In this document: in pieces, positions 18,503 to 28,232 of the stretch | Layout of the letters: each line of letters opens with the position of its first letter | Numbering within the stretch: the stretch's first letter is position 1 | NCBI GenBank assembly: GCA_965204375.1 | Contig: OZ241986.1 | Coordinates: 3,168,001 to 3,232,000, forward strand | DNA length: 64,000 nt | DNA from: Candidatus Latescibacterota bacterium | Lineage (GTDB): Bacteria; Latescibacterota; UBA2968 | Reading direction: 5' to 3' | Translations under genes and position numbers: made by a program | Notes under the pieces: generated by a model | Databases searched by the model: none | What the model was told of the DNA's origin: nothing | The model's input: only the letters and a program-made list of their open reading frames with translations

Positions 18503-20108
18503 AAAACGTCGCGCCACCAAAGCGCTTGCGGAGTCGATTGCGAACCAGAATCGCCACCAGATTCAGAGCCAATACAATACCCATCAGCAACAAGGTCGTC
18601 GTATATACCATGGGGCGAGCCGCCTCGACATTGGGCGACTGGAAACCCACATCGTAAATGTGAAAACCCAGATGCATAAATTTGCGTTCCAGGTGAAAAA
18701 AGGGCCAGATACCATCCACGGGCAATGCAGGAGCCAATTTCACAACGCCAGTAATCATCAACGGAGCCACTTCGCCAGCACCGCGCGCGATCACGAGAAT
18801 AATGCCCGTGAGAATGCCCGGCAATGCGCCGGGCAAAACCACGCGCAAAATGGTCTGCAATTTGGTCGCCCCCAGTGCCAGCGACCCGGCACGTACATCA
18901 CTCGGCACGGCAGAAAGCGCTTCTTCGGCCGAAACAATCATCACCGGCACTGTCAACAATGCCAGCGTTAGCGAAGCCCACAGAATGCCGCCAGTGCCAT
19001 AAGTGGGCGTGGGCAACGCTTCGGGAAAAAAGAGTTGATCGATACTTCCGCCAATGCCGTAAACAAAAAATCCCAGTCCAAACATACCAAAAACAATAGA
19101 AGGTACGCCCGCCAGATTATTAACCGCAATGCGAATCACTCGAACTAAGATACCTTGCCTGGCGTATTCGCGCAAATAGAGCGCGGCTAAGATGCCAAAT
19201 GGCACAGCCGCCAAACTCATCAGAAAAACCATCATAACAGTGCCAAAGATTGCAGGAAATACACCGCCCTCTGTATTGGACTCGCGGGGTTCATCAAATA
19301 AAAATTCCCCAACGCGCGAAAAATAAACGCCCGTTTTTCCCAAAATTCCCAGTTGATTGGGACGATAAACGCGCACGACATCGGCCGTGGCAATCTGCCG
19401 CACCTCGCCGCTAATTAACCGCACATCTATGCGATAAATCTCGTTGGCTTCACGCAATTGCGCCAATTGGTCGGCCAATTGTTCATAAGCTTTCCAATAG
19501 GACCTGCTCTCTCGATCAATTGCGCCAATTTCATCGGCATTTCCATCACCTAATTCTATCTCGCGTTTTTTTAGTCGCAGGCTTTCAATTTGCCGATTTA
19601 AGTCGCCAATAGCATCTTCTTCAATTTGACGAATCTGTTCGTGTCGTTCCCGGGTATTATCCAATTGCGCTTGTAGCATATCCCATGTATTCGACACCTG
19701 GGTTTCACCTTCGTACAGAGCTTCGATAAACCCGTAAAAATTGCCCCACTCGCGCCGCTCAAAAACCACCGCATCTACGGGATAGTCTGTCGATTGAATA
19801 TCCGATTCATCAATCCATTGAAAATCGCTGCCATACACATCGCGATTGCCCACTTTGAGCTGAATGCGAAATTGCCCAGACCCCGTTCGATGCGACGCGG
19901 GAATTTCCTGTTTGTCCCACCGCTGTCCCATCGCCTTTCGATCATCTTTGAGTATCACTGCTTCGATATTCGAGGGCCAGAAAAATCCAGTGCCATTGTA
20001 CAAAACCAGCGCGATCAGCCCTGTAATCATAAGCAAACAAAGTGCCAGCGCACTGCCGGTCAACCAGATAAATGGCACACCTGTTTTCCAAAAATTTTTC
20101 ACATCCAT
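18501..20108 (-). CDS. pstA: phosphate ABC transporter permease PstA (long form)
   Basis: 'PRESNTEGGVFPAIFGT', 'NLAGVPSIVFG', EAA-like 'GSLALGAT'. Confidence 0.95.
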   Translation of the reverse strand: MDVKNFWKTGVPFIWLTGSALALCLLMITGLIALVLYNGTGFFWPSNIEAVILKDDRKAMGQRWDKQEIPASHRTGSGQFRIQLKVGNRDVYGSDFQWIDESDIQSTDYPVDAVVFERREWGNFYGFIEALYEGETQVSNTWDMLQAQLDNTRERHEQIRQIEEDAIGDLNRQIESLRLKKREIELGDGNADEIGAIDRESRSYWKAYEQLADQLAQLREANEIYRIDVRLISGEVRQIATADVVRVYRPNQLGILGKTGVYFSRVGEFLFDEPRESNTEGGVFPAIFGTVMMVFLMSLAAVPFGILAALYLREYARQGILVRVIRIAVNNLAGVPSIVFGMFGLGFFVYGIGGSIDQLFFPEALPTPTYGTGGILWASLTLALLTVPVMIVSAEEALSAVPSDVRAGSLALGATKLQTILRVVLPGALPGILTGIILVIARGAGEVAPLMITGVVKLAPALPVDGIWPFFHLERKFMHLGFHIYDVGFQSPNVEAARPMVYTTTLLLMGIVLALNLVAILVRNRLRKRFGGATF

Positions 20109-20118
20109 CTCCAGAACA

Positions 20119-22347
20119 TCAAATCCTGCTATACTTCTCGCGCAAACGCTGCCGCACCACTTCAGCCAGTGTATTGACCAAAAAAGTAAGCGCCGCCAGC
20201 AAAACCCCTGTCAAAAACAACACGCGATAAAGCGTACCTTCATGGGGTGCTTCGGGAATCTCCACGGCGATATTGGCCGACATAGTCCGCATGCCATTAA
20301 AAATGGTCCAATCCAGAATCGGCGTATTGCCCGTAGCCATCAACACAATCATCGTCTCGCCCACAGCGCGGCCAAAACCAATCATAGTCGCGGAAAAAAT
20401 ACCCGGGCTCGCCGTGGGCAACACCACGCGGATAGCCGTCTGCCAGGGCGTTGCGCCAAGCGCGAGTGATCCAGCGCGCAGATGCTGCGGTACACTCGAC
20501 AGAGCATCTTCGCAGATCGTGTAAATAATAGGCACCACGGCAAATCCCATCGCAAAGCCCACCACGAGACAATTGCGCTGATCGTAGCGCGTACCCGTTG
20601 TGCCGAGCAGCCAGCTTTGAAAATTGCCGCCGAACAAAAGCGATTCGGCTACTGGACCGAGTGCAAACGACAGATAGAGCGCGACCAACGCGATGCCAGC
20701 CAGCAAAGTTAGAATCCAGTGATCCGGTACTCTGCGTGCAAAATCCTCAGATATCTGCCCCCAGCCCCAGGCGCATATCACCACAACAATGGGCACACAG
20801 GGTAATAACAACAGCGCACCAACAATTCTCGTTTCCAGCAGCGGAGCCAACCACAAACCAGCCAAAAATCCCAAAATCACGCTGGGAAGCGAGGCCATCA
20901 ACTCCACCACAGGTTTGACCACACCACGCACGTTGGGAGACGCAAAATCCGATGTGTAAATCGCTGCCAGAACAGCCAGAGGCAGCGCGAATAACATGGC
21001 GTAAAGCGTGCCCTTAAATGTGCCAAATACCAGGGGTACGATACTCAACTTAGGCTCAAAATCATCCGACCCGCCCGTGGATTGCCACACGTATTGAGGC
21101 TCCGTATATCCCTCGTACCACACTTTGCCAAAAAGTGTTTGTAACGTCACTTCGGGATGTGGATTTTGAAGGTCGAAATCCGTTATCTGCCCCGACCTGC
21201 TCACAGTCAAAAAGCCATTTGCTTTTGGCGCGAAAGCCATGGTTTGGATGGGGCCATCACCGCGCAATTGAAAAAACGTTTGTTCCGATGTCATGTGATG
21301 CAACGCAACCATCCCCGATACATCGCTCGATAAAAACTGTTTGTCGCGAGCAGACGACGCCAGTGCAGTCACCGCCATCTGATGAGACTGCAAAGTGTGG
21401 ATCTTTTTGAACATCTTTTTATTGTCGTCCTCACCCGTCCTGACGGGCATCCAGACGGACACATGACCGCCCACATCGCCCACAACGAGCGACACATCAC
21501 CCAGCACAAAATCCAGCGCAGTCACCTCCTGATCGGAAACCCGAAAATAATCCAACAGCCTGGGATTGGAACTCGCCCGTCCGATTTCCCACCGAAATAC
21601 TTCACCGCGGTCTGTGCCCACCAGAACATAGCGTCCCGACTTCACCACGGCCCCCACTCTGGCGCGCCCTTTGATCTCAGCGGTCAAATCGTATCTGCGA
21701 ATCGTCGTTTTGCCATCACCTAAAAGACCGCGCTGTGTTTCGGAAATTCCCAAAACGAGTTGCCCGGAATCCGAAATGCCAAGTACTGTGCCTCGGGATT
21801 TTCCATCGTGCCGAAATACGAGATGCACAAGAGCCTTATCAGTTAGATTCATCGACGACTCAACGGAAAAAGACGGCGTCACAATCTGCTTTCCCTCCGC
21901 ATCGTAATCCACGGCAAAATTCACGCGGCAGCCCAGCATTGTACCGTCATCCAGACCCAGGCCAACATGCGTGTTATCCAGAGCGCGATAAGCTACCTGA
22001 ATGCGCCGTCCCTGTAGTTCAGGGGGATACACAGACTTTGTCACTGATTTTGTGCTCATATCCACAAAATCAATCCCCGCTTCATGCACGACAAACATCA
22101 CAGCCTGATAGGGGTCAACCCCCGTACACAGGACGGGCTGACGGTGCGAAAAATCAAAAGTATGCGCCCTGGACACGCTCGGCTTCAAAAACAGGGGATA
22201 GGACTCCATCAACACAAAAAGAAAAATGCCCAGCACCGACAGGATCACCCCGATGCCGCCGGCAGTGATCACCCACTGCCCGGTGCGATCCATCAGGCGT
22301 GCGCCTGGCGTAATACCGGGCAATTGTCGCTTTGATGCTGATTCCAT
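20119..22347 (-). CDS. pstC: phosphate ABC transporter permease PstC (long form with WD40-like periplasmic domain)
   Basis: 'KVWYEGY..P.YVWQS', 'KPVVELMASLPSV', 'GRAVGETMIVLMATGN'. Confidence 0.93.
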   Translation of the reverse strand: MESASKRQLPGITPGARLMDRTGQWVITAGGIGVILSVLGIFLFVLMESYPLFLKPSVSRAHTFDFSHRQPVLCTGVDPYQAVMFVVHEAGIDFVDMSTKSVTKSVYPPELQGRRIQVAYRALDNTHVGLGLDDGTMLGCRVNFAVDYDAEGKQIVTPSFSVESSMNLTDKALVHLVFRHDGKSRGTVLGISDSGQLVLGISETQRGLLGDGKTTIRRYDLTAEIKGRARVGAVVKSGRYVLVGTDRGEVFRWEIGRASSNPRLLDYFRVSDQEVTALDFVLGDVSLVVGDVGGHVSVWMPVRTGEDDNKKMFKKIHTLQSHQMAVTALASSARDKQFLSSDVSGMVALHHMTSEQTFFQLRGDGPIQTMAFAPKANGFLTVSRSGQITDFDLQNPHPEVTLQTLFGKVWYEGYTEPQYVWQSTGGSDDFEPKLSIVPLVFGTFKGTLYAMLFALPLAVLAAIYTSDFASPNVRGVVKPVVELMASLPSVILGFLAGLWLAPLLETRIVGALLLLPCVPIVVVICAWGWGQISEDFARRVPDHWILTLLAGIALVALYLSFALGPVAESLLFGGNFQSWLLGTTGTRYDQRNCLVVGFAMGFAVVPIIYTICEDALSSVPQHLRAGSLALGATPWQTAIRVVLPTASPGIFSATMIGFGRAVGETMIVLMATGNTPILDWTIFNGMRTMSANIAVEIPEAPHEGTLYRVLFLTGVLLAALTFLVNTLAEVVRQRLREKYSRI

Positions 22348-22349
22348 AA

Positions 22350-22444
22350 GAAGTGTGAAGTGTGAAGTGTGAAGTGTGAAGTGTGAAGTGTGAAGTGTGA
22401 AGTGTGAAGTGTGAAGTGTGAAGTGTGAAGTGTGAAGTGTGAAG
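22350..22444. repeat. perfect heptamer tandem repeat (GAAGTGT)x13.6
   Basis: 13 full copies + GAAG, two bases from the pstC start codon. Confidence 0.97.
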
Positions 22445-22712
22445 GCGATCCGCAGAATGAAGGCGAGTAATTCGAGCCTGAACGCAGAACGCGAGTAATT
22501 TGAGCGTTTTACTGAGCGTTTTACGCAGATAAAAAAGAGGGGCTGGAGGGTTGATGCGGGCTAACCACTAACCACTGACTGCTAACCGCATAACAGCCTT
22601 TGAGAAGGGTGAAGGGTGAAAGGCAGGTGAGACGTGAGAAGGGTGATGAGGCAGTAGCCCTGGGGCGGTGTTGGGTGGACTTCTTACTTCTTACTTCTCA
22701 CTTCTAACTTTC
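22445..22712. repeat. stacked degenerate short repeats in the pstS-pstC spacer
   Basis: ATCCGCAGA element; duplicated GCGAGTAATT and TGAGCGTTTTAC; (CTAACCA)n; (GAAGGGT)n; five (ACTTCTN)-like units next to the pstS stop. Confidence 0.8.
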
Positions 22713-23672
22713 TTACTGTAACTTTTCGAGTTCTTCTTTAACCACCTGATAGGGCACGGGCATATAGCCATCTTTAACCACAATCGCTTGCCCTTCTTGG
22801 GAAAAAATGAACTTACAAAACTCCCTCACGAGAGGATCGAGAGGTTTATTGGGTGCCTTGTTAATGTACAAATACAAAAAACGCCCCAGAGGATAAGATC
22901 CATCTATAACATTTTCTATCGTGCCCTCTCTAAAGGATTCGCCAGTTTCCAATGCCAGAGGTACGACGCGCACGCCAGATGTCTTGTAACCAATGCCACT
23001 ATAACCCATGCTATACCTGTCTTCGGCCACGCCCTGCACCACCGAGGCAGACCCGGGTTGCTCTTTTACTTCATCTTTGAAATCGCCCTTAAACAGCGCG
23101 TGATCTTTGAAGAAACCATAAGTACCCGATGCGGAATTGCGCCCGTAAAGACTGAATGCGGCATTTTTCCAATCGCCTTCCAAACCCAACTGCCCCCATC
23201 TCGCAATATTTTCCTTATATTCACCGCGGCGCGTCTTGGAAAAAATCGCATCTACCTGCTGCAAAGTCAACCCTTTTAGGGGATTGTCTTTATTGACAAA
23301 AACAGCCAGTGCATCCAGCGAAGTTCGCAACACTGTGGGTGGATAGCCAAAATGCTTTTCAAATTTGTCTATCTCCGAAGCCTTCATCGGACGCGACATA
23401 GGCCCGAATTGCGCGGTACCTTCAATCAGCGCGGGAGGCGCAGTACTCGACCCCTTACCCTCGACCTGAATTGTCACACTGGGATAGTGTTTGCGAAAGC
23501 CTTCCAACCACAGCGTCATCAAATTATTCATCGTATCTGACCCAATGCTGTTGGTACTTCCTGAAATCCCACTCACTTTTTGATACGCGGAAACAGGCGA
23601 ATCCTGCTGTGCCTGAGCCGTAGCCTGTGTTAAAACAGCCACACATGCAATCATATAAATAAATCTGGTCAT
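22713..23672 (-). CDS. pstS: phosphate-binding protein PstS
   Basis: 'GSDTM', 'GKGSSTA', 'PMSR', 'GRNSASGTY', 'YPLGRFLY'; signal peptide. Confidence 0.96.
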   Translation of the reverse strand: MTRFIYMIACVAVLTQATAQAQQDSPVSAYQKVSGISGSTNSIGSDTMNNLMTLWLEGFRKHYPSVTIQVEGKGSSTAPPALIEGTAQFGPMSRPMKASEIDKFEKHFGYPPTVLRTSLDALAVFVNKDNPLKGLTLQQVDAIFSKTRRGEYKENIARWGQLGLEGDWKNAAFSLYGRNSASGTYGFFKDHALFKGDFKDEVKEQPGSASVVQGVAEDRYSMGYSGIGYKTSGVRVVPLALETGESFREGTIENVIDGSYPLGRFLYLYINKAPNKPLDPLVREFCKFIFSQEGQAIVVKDGYMPVPYQVVKEELEKLQ

Positions 23673-23735
23673 TCAATTTCCTCTCTGTTATGCGACTTAC
23701 TGCGTTATAGAATGCAAAAAATAAACCTGTATCGC

Positions 23736-23775
23736 GTTACAATTATGTGACGAAAACACGACATTTATGTGATAA
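23736..23775 (-). promoter_or_regulatory. Pho-box-like array (4 units) upstream of pstS
   Basis: TTATCAC/ATGTCGT/TCGTCAC/TTGTAAC at exact 11-bp period. Confidence 0.75.
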
Positions 23776-23782
23776 CCCCTGC

Positions 23783-24736
23783 TCAAAACCTAACATATAG
23801 CGTCAGCCGGGGAATCATCTCAATATCTACATCTGGAGCCTGAAAATTTGTGGCCATCACATTGGGCATAATGTGAATATCCTTTACCGGCTCAATGTCA
23901 AGCCCTCCGAGAAAGCAATATTCCCCATCGTCGTCAGACTTATCGTCTGGATCAAAAAAATCGCCGCGAGCAAACACCTTTATCTTCTCGCTAAACTGTC
24001 CTGCGCCGAACAGTGAAAGCCCCCGCACCTGTGCGGTATGGTTGCGCCATTGCACAAAGCCTTCCAATCCACCGTGGAAATTTTTCTTTTTCAATCCGAT
24101 AAACGTAGCAAAAGTCGTGCGATCTCGATTATCTGGGCGTTTTTCCCAATCTACATAAGTCGTCACATTCAGGGTACCGGGATTAAAATGCAGCAGACCG
24201 TAAACTTTCTTGTATTGATCTGTCTCGGACTGCTGCCCGCTGCCATTGGCCAGCATAATCTGGGCATTTAACTTTCCAGCTTCATCCAATCGCGTGCGAT
24301 ATGCAATGCCTATATCAGCCGAAGAGGCAACCTTTTTTCGATCCATGAGGGTCTTCTCGACCGAGCGATACCCCCAAACAGACTCCGATACGTTCCATGT
24401 TGGCGTACCCGACAGTCCCATATAGAGCGCATGGCCATTTTTGCGATAGCGCAAATACGCGTGCTTTACAAAAGGTTCTATTTTCTTTTCACTATTAAAT
24501 CCCGCATCTTTGGCCTCCAGCCGAACCCGTCCAGAAAAAGCATCATTCCACTTCAGGTCATGGGTGAGATAAATGCGTCGAAACCGAAAGCCATTCTCTT
24601 CTTCTCCATTTCCCCTGACGATATAATAATCGGCAAACATAACACCCTGAAGCCTGGTATCTACAGCTTCACTCCGTCCCGCCAATACAAAACCCAAACA
24701 CAACAGTATTCTCCAAATTGCTTTACAAATGCACAT
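23783..24736 (-). CDS. outer-membrane porin, probably phosphate-selective (OprO/P-like)
   Basis: Signal peptide; 'NGFRFRRIYL', 'FVKHAYL'; amphipathic strands; C-terminal Phe; upstream of pstS. Confidence 0.7.
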   Translation of the reverse strand: MCICKAIWRILLCLGFVLAGRSEAVDTRLQGVMFADYYIVRGNGEEENGFRFRRIYLTHDLKWNDAFSGRVRLEAKDAGFNSEKKIEPFVKHAYLRYRKNGHALYMGLSGTPTWNVSESVWGYRSVEKTLMDRKKVASSADIGIAYRTRLDEAGKLNAQIMLANGSGQQSETDQYKKVYGLLHFNPGTLNVTTYVDWEKRPDNRDRTTFATFIGLKKKNFHGGLEGFVQWRNHTAQVRGLSLFGAGQFSEKIKVFARGDFFDPDDKSDDDGEYCFLGGLDIEPVKDIHIMPNVMATNFQAPDVDIEMIPRLTLYVRF

Positions 24737-24796
24737 GTGCTCTCCCTTCGAATAGGCAAATAAACGGCGTTCTCCGCGACAAGACATCGCCATAGT

Positions 24797-24858
24797 GTTA
24801 CAAATCACCTACAAAATCGTTACGGATCAGTCACGGAATTGTGACATTTGTGTTACAA
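24797..24858 (-). promoter_or_regulatory. Pho-box-like array (6 units) upstream of the porin
   Basis: TTGTAAC/ATGTCAC/CCGTGAC/CCGTAAC/TTGTAGG/TTGTAAC at exact 11-bp period. Confidence 0.85.
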
Positions 24859-24957
24859 ATGCGCCATTTCTCCCATTCTCCAGGGATTTTTCGGAGAAAA
24901 TCAAACTTGTGACCTTGACATCTCCCCAACGCTCTCCTCGCCTCGCAAACCATTGCT

Positions 24958-24997
24958 TTGTAGCCAAATCGTAACTCATTTGTAACTCCAACTCAAC
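24958..24997 (+). promoter_or_regulatory. Pho-box-like array (3-4 units) upstream of the divergent TonB receptor
   Basis: TTGTAGC/TCGTAAC/TTGTAAC/(ACTCAAC) at 11-bp period on + strand. Confidence 0.7.
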
Positions 24998-25091
24998 ATA
25001 GTCAAACTAAATTCGCACAGAATTATAAAGAACACTTACTTCTGTCGCGGAAGTTGTGGTTTAAACCGTATTAATGAAAGGATACGTCGTT

Positions 25092-27878
25092 ATGAAAAGA
25101 ATGTTATTGCTCTTACTTGCTCTTGGTTTCACCAGCGTTTCAATCCAGGCACAGGACATGGGCAAAATCCAGGGTGTTGTCGTGGATGCAGAAACAGGAG
25201 AACCGCTCATCGGCGCCAACATCGTCATCAAAGACGAAACTGGCGTACCAATGTATGGCACCTCCACCGACCTCGATGGTCGCTTTGTCCTCGCGGCTCC
25301 AACAGGCACGCACAACGTCGAATTTAGCTACATCTCTTATGCCACAAAAACAGTCACCGACGTCGAAGTCAAAACCGACGCCCCCACATCAATCAATATT
25401 TCACTGCCGCCAGAGGCCATGCAGGCCGATGAAATTGTCGTCACGGCCAAAGCCGTACAAGACAGCGAAGTATCGATGCTGGGCATTCAGCAAAAAGCGC
25501 CCGTGGTCACGGACGGCATCAGCGCCGAATTGATGAGCCGCGCCGCGTCTTCCGATGCGGGCGATGCACTCAAGCGCGTAACGGGGATCACCATTGTAGA
25601 TAAATTCGTGTACGTGCGCGGCCTGGGCGAACGCTATAGCAACACGCAAGTCAATGGCGCAGATATTCCCAGTCCCGAGCCAAACAAACGCGTTGTACCC
25701 ATGGACATTTTCCCCGCTGGCCTTCTCGAAAATATCCAGGTATCCAAAACCTTTTCTCCCGATCAACCAGGAGATTTTTCAGGTGGCTCCGTACAGATCA
25801 AAACCCGCGACTTTCCCAGCGAATTTACATTTTCGGTTTCCACATCAGCCGGGTATCACAGCCAAACCAGTTTCAAAGATATTCAGACCTACGATGGAGG
25901 CTCCTGGGACTTTTTGGGTGTGGATGACGGCACGCGTTCTCTGCCCGAACAGATCAAAACTCAGGCAGCTGAGGAACCAGTGCGCAAAAGTGGGCGTTTT
26001 ACCCCAGAAATCGGATTTTCCTCTGAAGAAATCCAGCAATTTGGGCAGGCTTTTGCCAACGTATGGCAGCCCAAAACCAGAACCGCACCAGTCAATCAAG
26101 GCTATAGCATCAGCATTGGCAACGCCATTGGCGGAAGCGAACGGGAACTCGGTTATGTATTCTCATTTACTTATGACAACAGCTTTAACAATAGAAGTGA
26201 AAACTGGAACTCCTTCCGCATCACTGCTGACGCATCGGGCGAACAAATACTCACGCCTTTTACCTCGTATGAAGTAAATAGCACGACCAACAATATTCTG
26301 TGGGGCCTGTTGTTCAACAGTAGCCTGCGGTTATCTCCCCTCCATAAAATCAGCTTAAAAACCCTCTTTAATCGCAACACCGACAACGAGGCACGAACCT
26401 ACACCGGTTACAATTCTGACCGGGGCACTGACCTCCGCGACTTCCGCTTGCGATTTGTCGAACGCGGTATTTTCACGGGGCAACTGTCTGGAGAGCATCA
26501 CATTCTCAATTCCAATATCGATTGGCTGTACAGTCTATCCAAAGCCACACGCGACGAACCCGATAACCGCGAAGTACTCTACGAAGACCGCAACGGCAGT
26601 TGGACCTTTTTTGACATCACGCAAAGCGGCAGCCGCTTCTTCTTTGATCTGATTGACAATGCCCAAAGTGGCAAAATCGATTGGACAATTCCCTTTACGG
26701 GTTTCAACAGTCTCTCTTCTAAAATTAAACTGGGTGGCAAAGCTCTCTCCAAAGACCGCACCTTTGATGCCCGCCGCTTTCGCTTTGAGCAATCCAGCGG
26801 CATCCGGCGACACGTTGATCTGACACTCGACCCCGAAGAAATTTTTATTTCAGACAATATCGCGCCCGGTCGATTTGAACTGCGCGAAACCACCCGCAAT
26901 GTCGATAACTACAGTGCCTCGCAGACCACCCGGGCAGCTTACGCGATGACCGACCTCCAGTTCTCTGGCCAATGGCGTTTTGTGGGAGGACTGCGCGTTG
27001 AGCAATCCAAACAGGAACTTACATCCTTTGATCCTTTTAGCACCACTGTTGACCCTATCCAGGTAACTCTGGACAATACAGATCTCCTGCCCGGACTCAA
27101 TCTGGTCTATAAACTGAATGACCGCACCAATTTCCGCACGGCTTACTCGCGTACATTGGCGCGTCCGGATTTTCGCGAACTCGCGCCTTTCGAATTTACG
27201 GACTTTATCGGCGGACGGGCGGTCTCGGGCAATCCCGAACTCCAGCGCAGTTCCATCGACAATTTTGATTTTCGATTCGAAATGTTTCCGCGCCTGGGCG
27301 AACTGGTAGCGATCAGTGCTTTCTACAAAAAATTCCACGATCCCATTGAGCAGATCATTCGCCCCACCGCACAACTCAGTGTCACATTTCAAAATGCCAA
27401 AGCAGCAACAAACTACGGTGTCGAATTTGAATTTCGGCGCCGCCTCGACATACTATCCCCATCCCTTGAACCCCTATCCATCAACACCAATGTCACACTG
27501 GTCAAATCGCAGATTGAAATCAATCCCGACATTGGCGTTCAGACATCCAACGAACGCGCCCTCCAGGGCCAATCTCCCTATGCGGTCAACGTAACCCTCG
27601 GCTACGACAAACTCAATCAAGATTTTCAAGCCAACATGCTCTACAATGTATTTGGCAGACGGATCAGCGAAGTAGGCGCGCAGGGGTTGCCCGATGTTTA
27701 TGAACAACCCCGACATCAACTCGATTTTAATATGAAGAAAAAATTCGGTCACTTCGCGTTAAAGGTATCGACGAAAAACTTGCTCGACAGTAAAGTACTC
27801 TTTAAGCAAAAGGAAGGCGTTTTCCGAGAATACAAGATCGGACGCTCCCTCTCGCTTGGCATAAGTTATGAATACTAA
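25092..27878 (+). CDS. TonB-dependent receptor
   Basis: 'GEPLIGANI', plug 'YVRGLGERYS', 'RPDFRELAPF', 'GNPEL', 'LQGQSPY'; C-terminal aromatic residue. Confidence 0.92.
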   Translation: MKRMLLLLLALGFTSVSIQAQDMGKIQGVVVDAETGEPLIGANIVIKDETGVPMYGTSTDLDGRFVLAAPTGTHNVEFSYISYATKTVTDVEVKTDAPTSINISLPPEAMQADEIVVTAKAVQDSEVSMLGIQQKAPVVTDGISAELMSRAASSDAGDALKRVTGITIVDKFVYVRGLGERYSNTQVNGADIPSPEPNKRVVPMDIFPAGLLENIQVSKTFSPDQPGDFSGGSVQIKTRDFPSEFTFSVSTSAGYHSQTSFKDIQTYDGGSWDFLGVDDGTRSLPEQIKTQAAEEPVRKSGRFTPEIGFSSEEIQQFGQAFANVWQPKTRTAPVNQGYSISIGNAIGGSERELGYVFSFTYDNSFNNRSENWNSFRITADASGEQILTPFTSYEVNSTTNNILWGLLFNSSLRLSPLHKISLKTLFNRNTDNEARTYTGYNSDRGTDLRDFRLRFVERGIFTGQLSGEHHILNSNIDWLYSLSKATRDEPDNREVLYEDRNGSWTFFDITQSGSRFFFDLIDNAQSGKIDWTIPFTGFNSLSSKIKLGGKALSKDRTFDARRFRFEQSSGIRRHVDLTLDPEEIFISDNIAPGRFELRETTRNVDNYSASQTTRAAYAMTDLQFSGQWRFVGGLRVEQSKQELTSFDPFSTTVDPIQVTLDNTDLLPGLNLVYKLNDRTNFRTAYSRTLARPDFRELAPFEFTDFIGGRAVSGNPELQRSSIDNFDFRFEMFPRLGELVAISAFYKKFHDPIEQIIRPTAQLSVTFQNAKAATNYGVEFEFRRRLDILSPSLEPLSINTNVTLVKSQIEINPDIGVQTSNERALQGQSPYAVNVTLGYDKLNQDFQANMLYNVFGRRISEVGAQGLPDVYEQPRHQLDFNMKKKFGHFALKVSTKNLLDSKVLFKQKEGVFREYKIGRSLSLGISYEY

Positions 27879-27925
27879 TCCGCAGATGAACGCAGATGAA
27901 CGCAGATGAACGCAGATGAACGCAG
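27878..27925 (+). repeat. decamer tandem repeat (CGCAGATGAA)x4.5
   Basis: Begins ATCCGCAGAT at the TonB receptor stop codon. Confidence 0.92.
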
Positions 27926-27963
27926 TAAAGTTAAGTATGCAACAAGAGATAGAATAGGTCTGC

Positions 27964-28033
27964 TTTCTCTCCCTTTCTCCCAGGCGCAGGGTGGCGGCTA
28001 TGCCACCCTGTAGCGGAAGTAAGAGAGGAGAAA
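27964..28033. repeat. REP-like hairpin
   Basis: CAGGGTGGC-ggctat-GCCACCCTG stem with imperfect outer TTTCTCTCC/GAGGAGAAA arms. Confidence 0.55.
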
Positions 28034-28232
28034 TCCCAAACCAACATTAGTTGAGAGTTTCATCATCGGGCCAAAACAGATCATCGCATTTGGCGTAGTC
28101 GCGGGCGCCATTTAGCACATTAAGGGTGACAGACAATAAGACAGGATAAGCCCCCTATATCCTGTCTATATACTGTACATCCTTAACATTTGATCTACAC
28201 AGGCTCATCACTCAAAATGAAAGGACACACTT

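Noticed and set aside
22350-22712. Possible CRISPR array
   Set aside because: Units are 7-12 bp tandem repeats without unique spacers, and there are no cas genes.
28120-28186. CTGTCTA-N4-CTGTACA as a Pho box or LexA box upstream of 28233
   Set aside because: Better explained as one arm of an imperfect hairpin (GACAGGAT...ATCCTGTC); it does not match the local TTGTAAC consensus.
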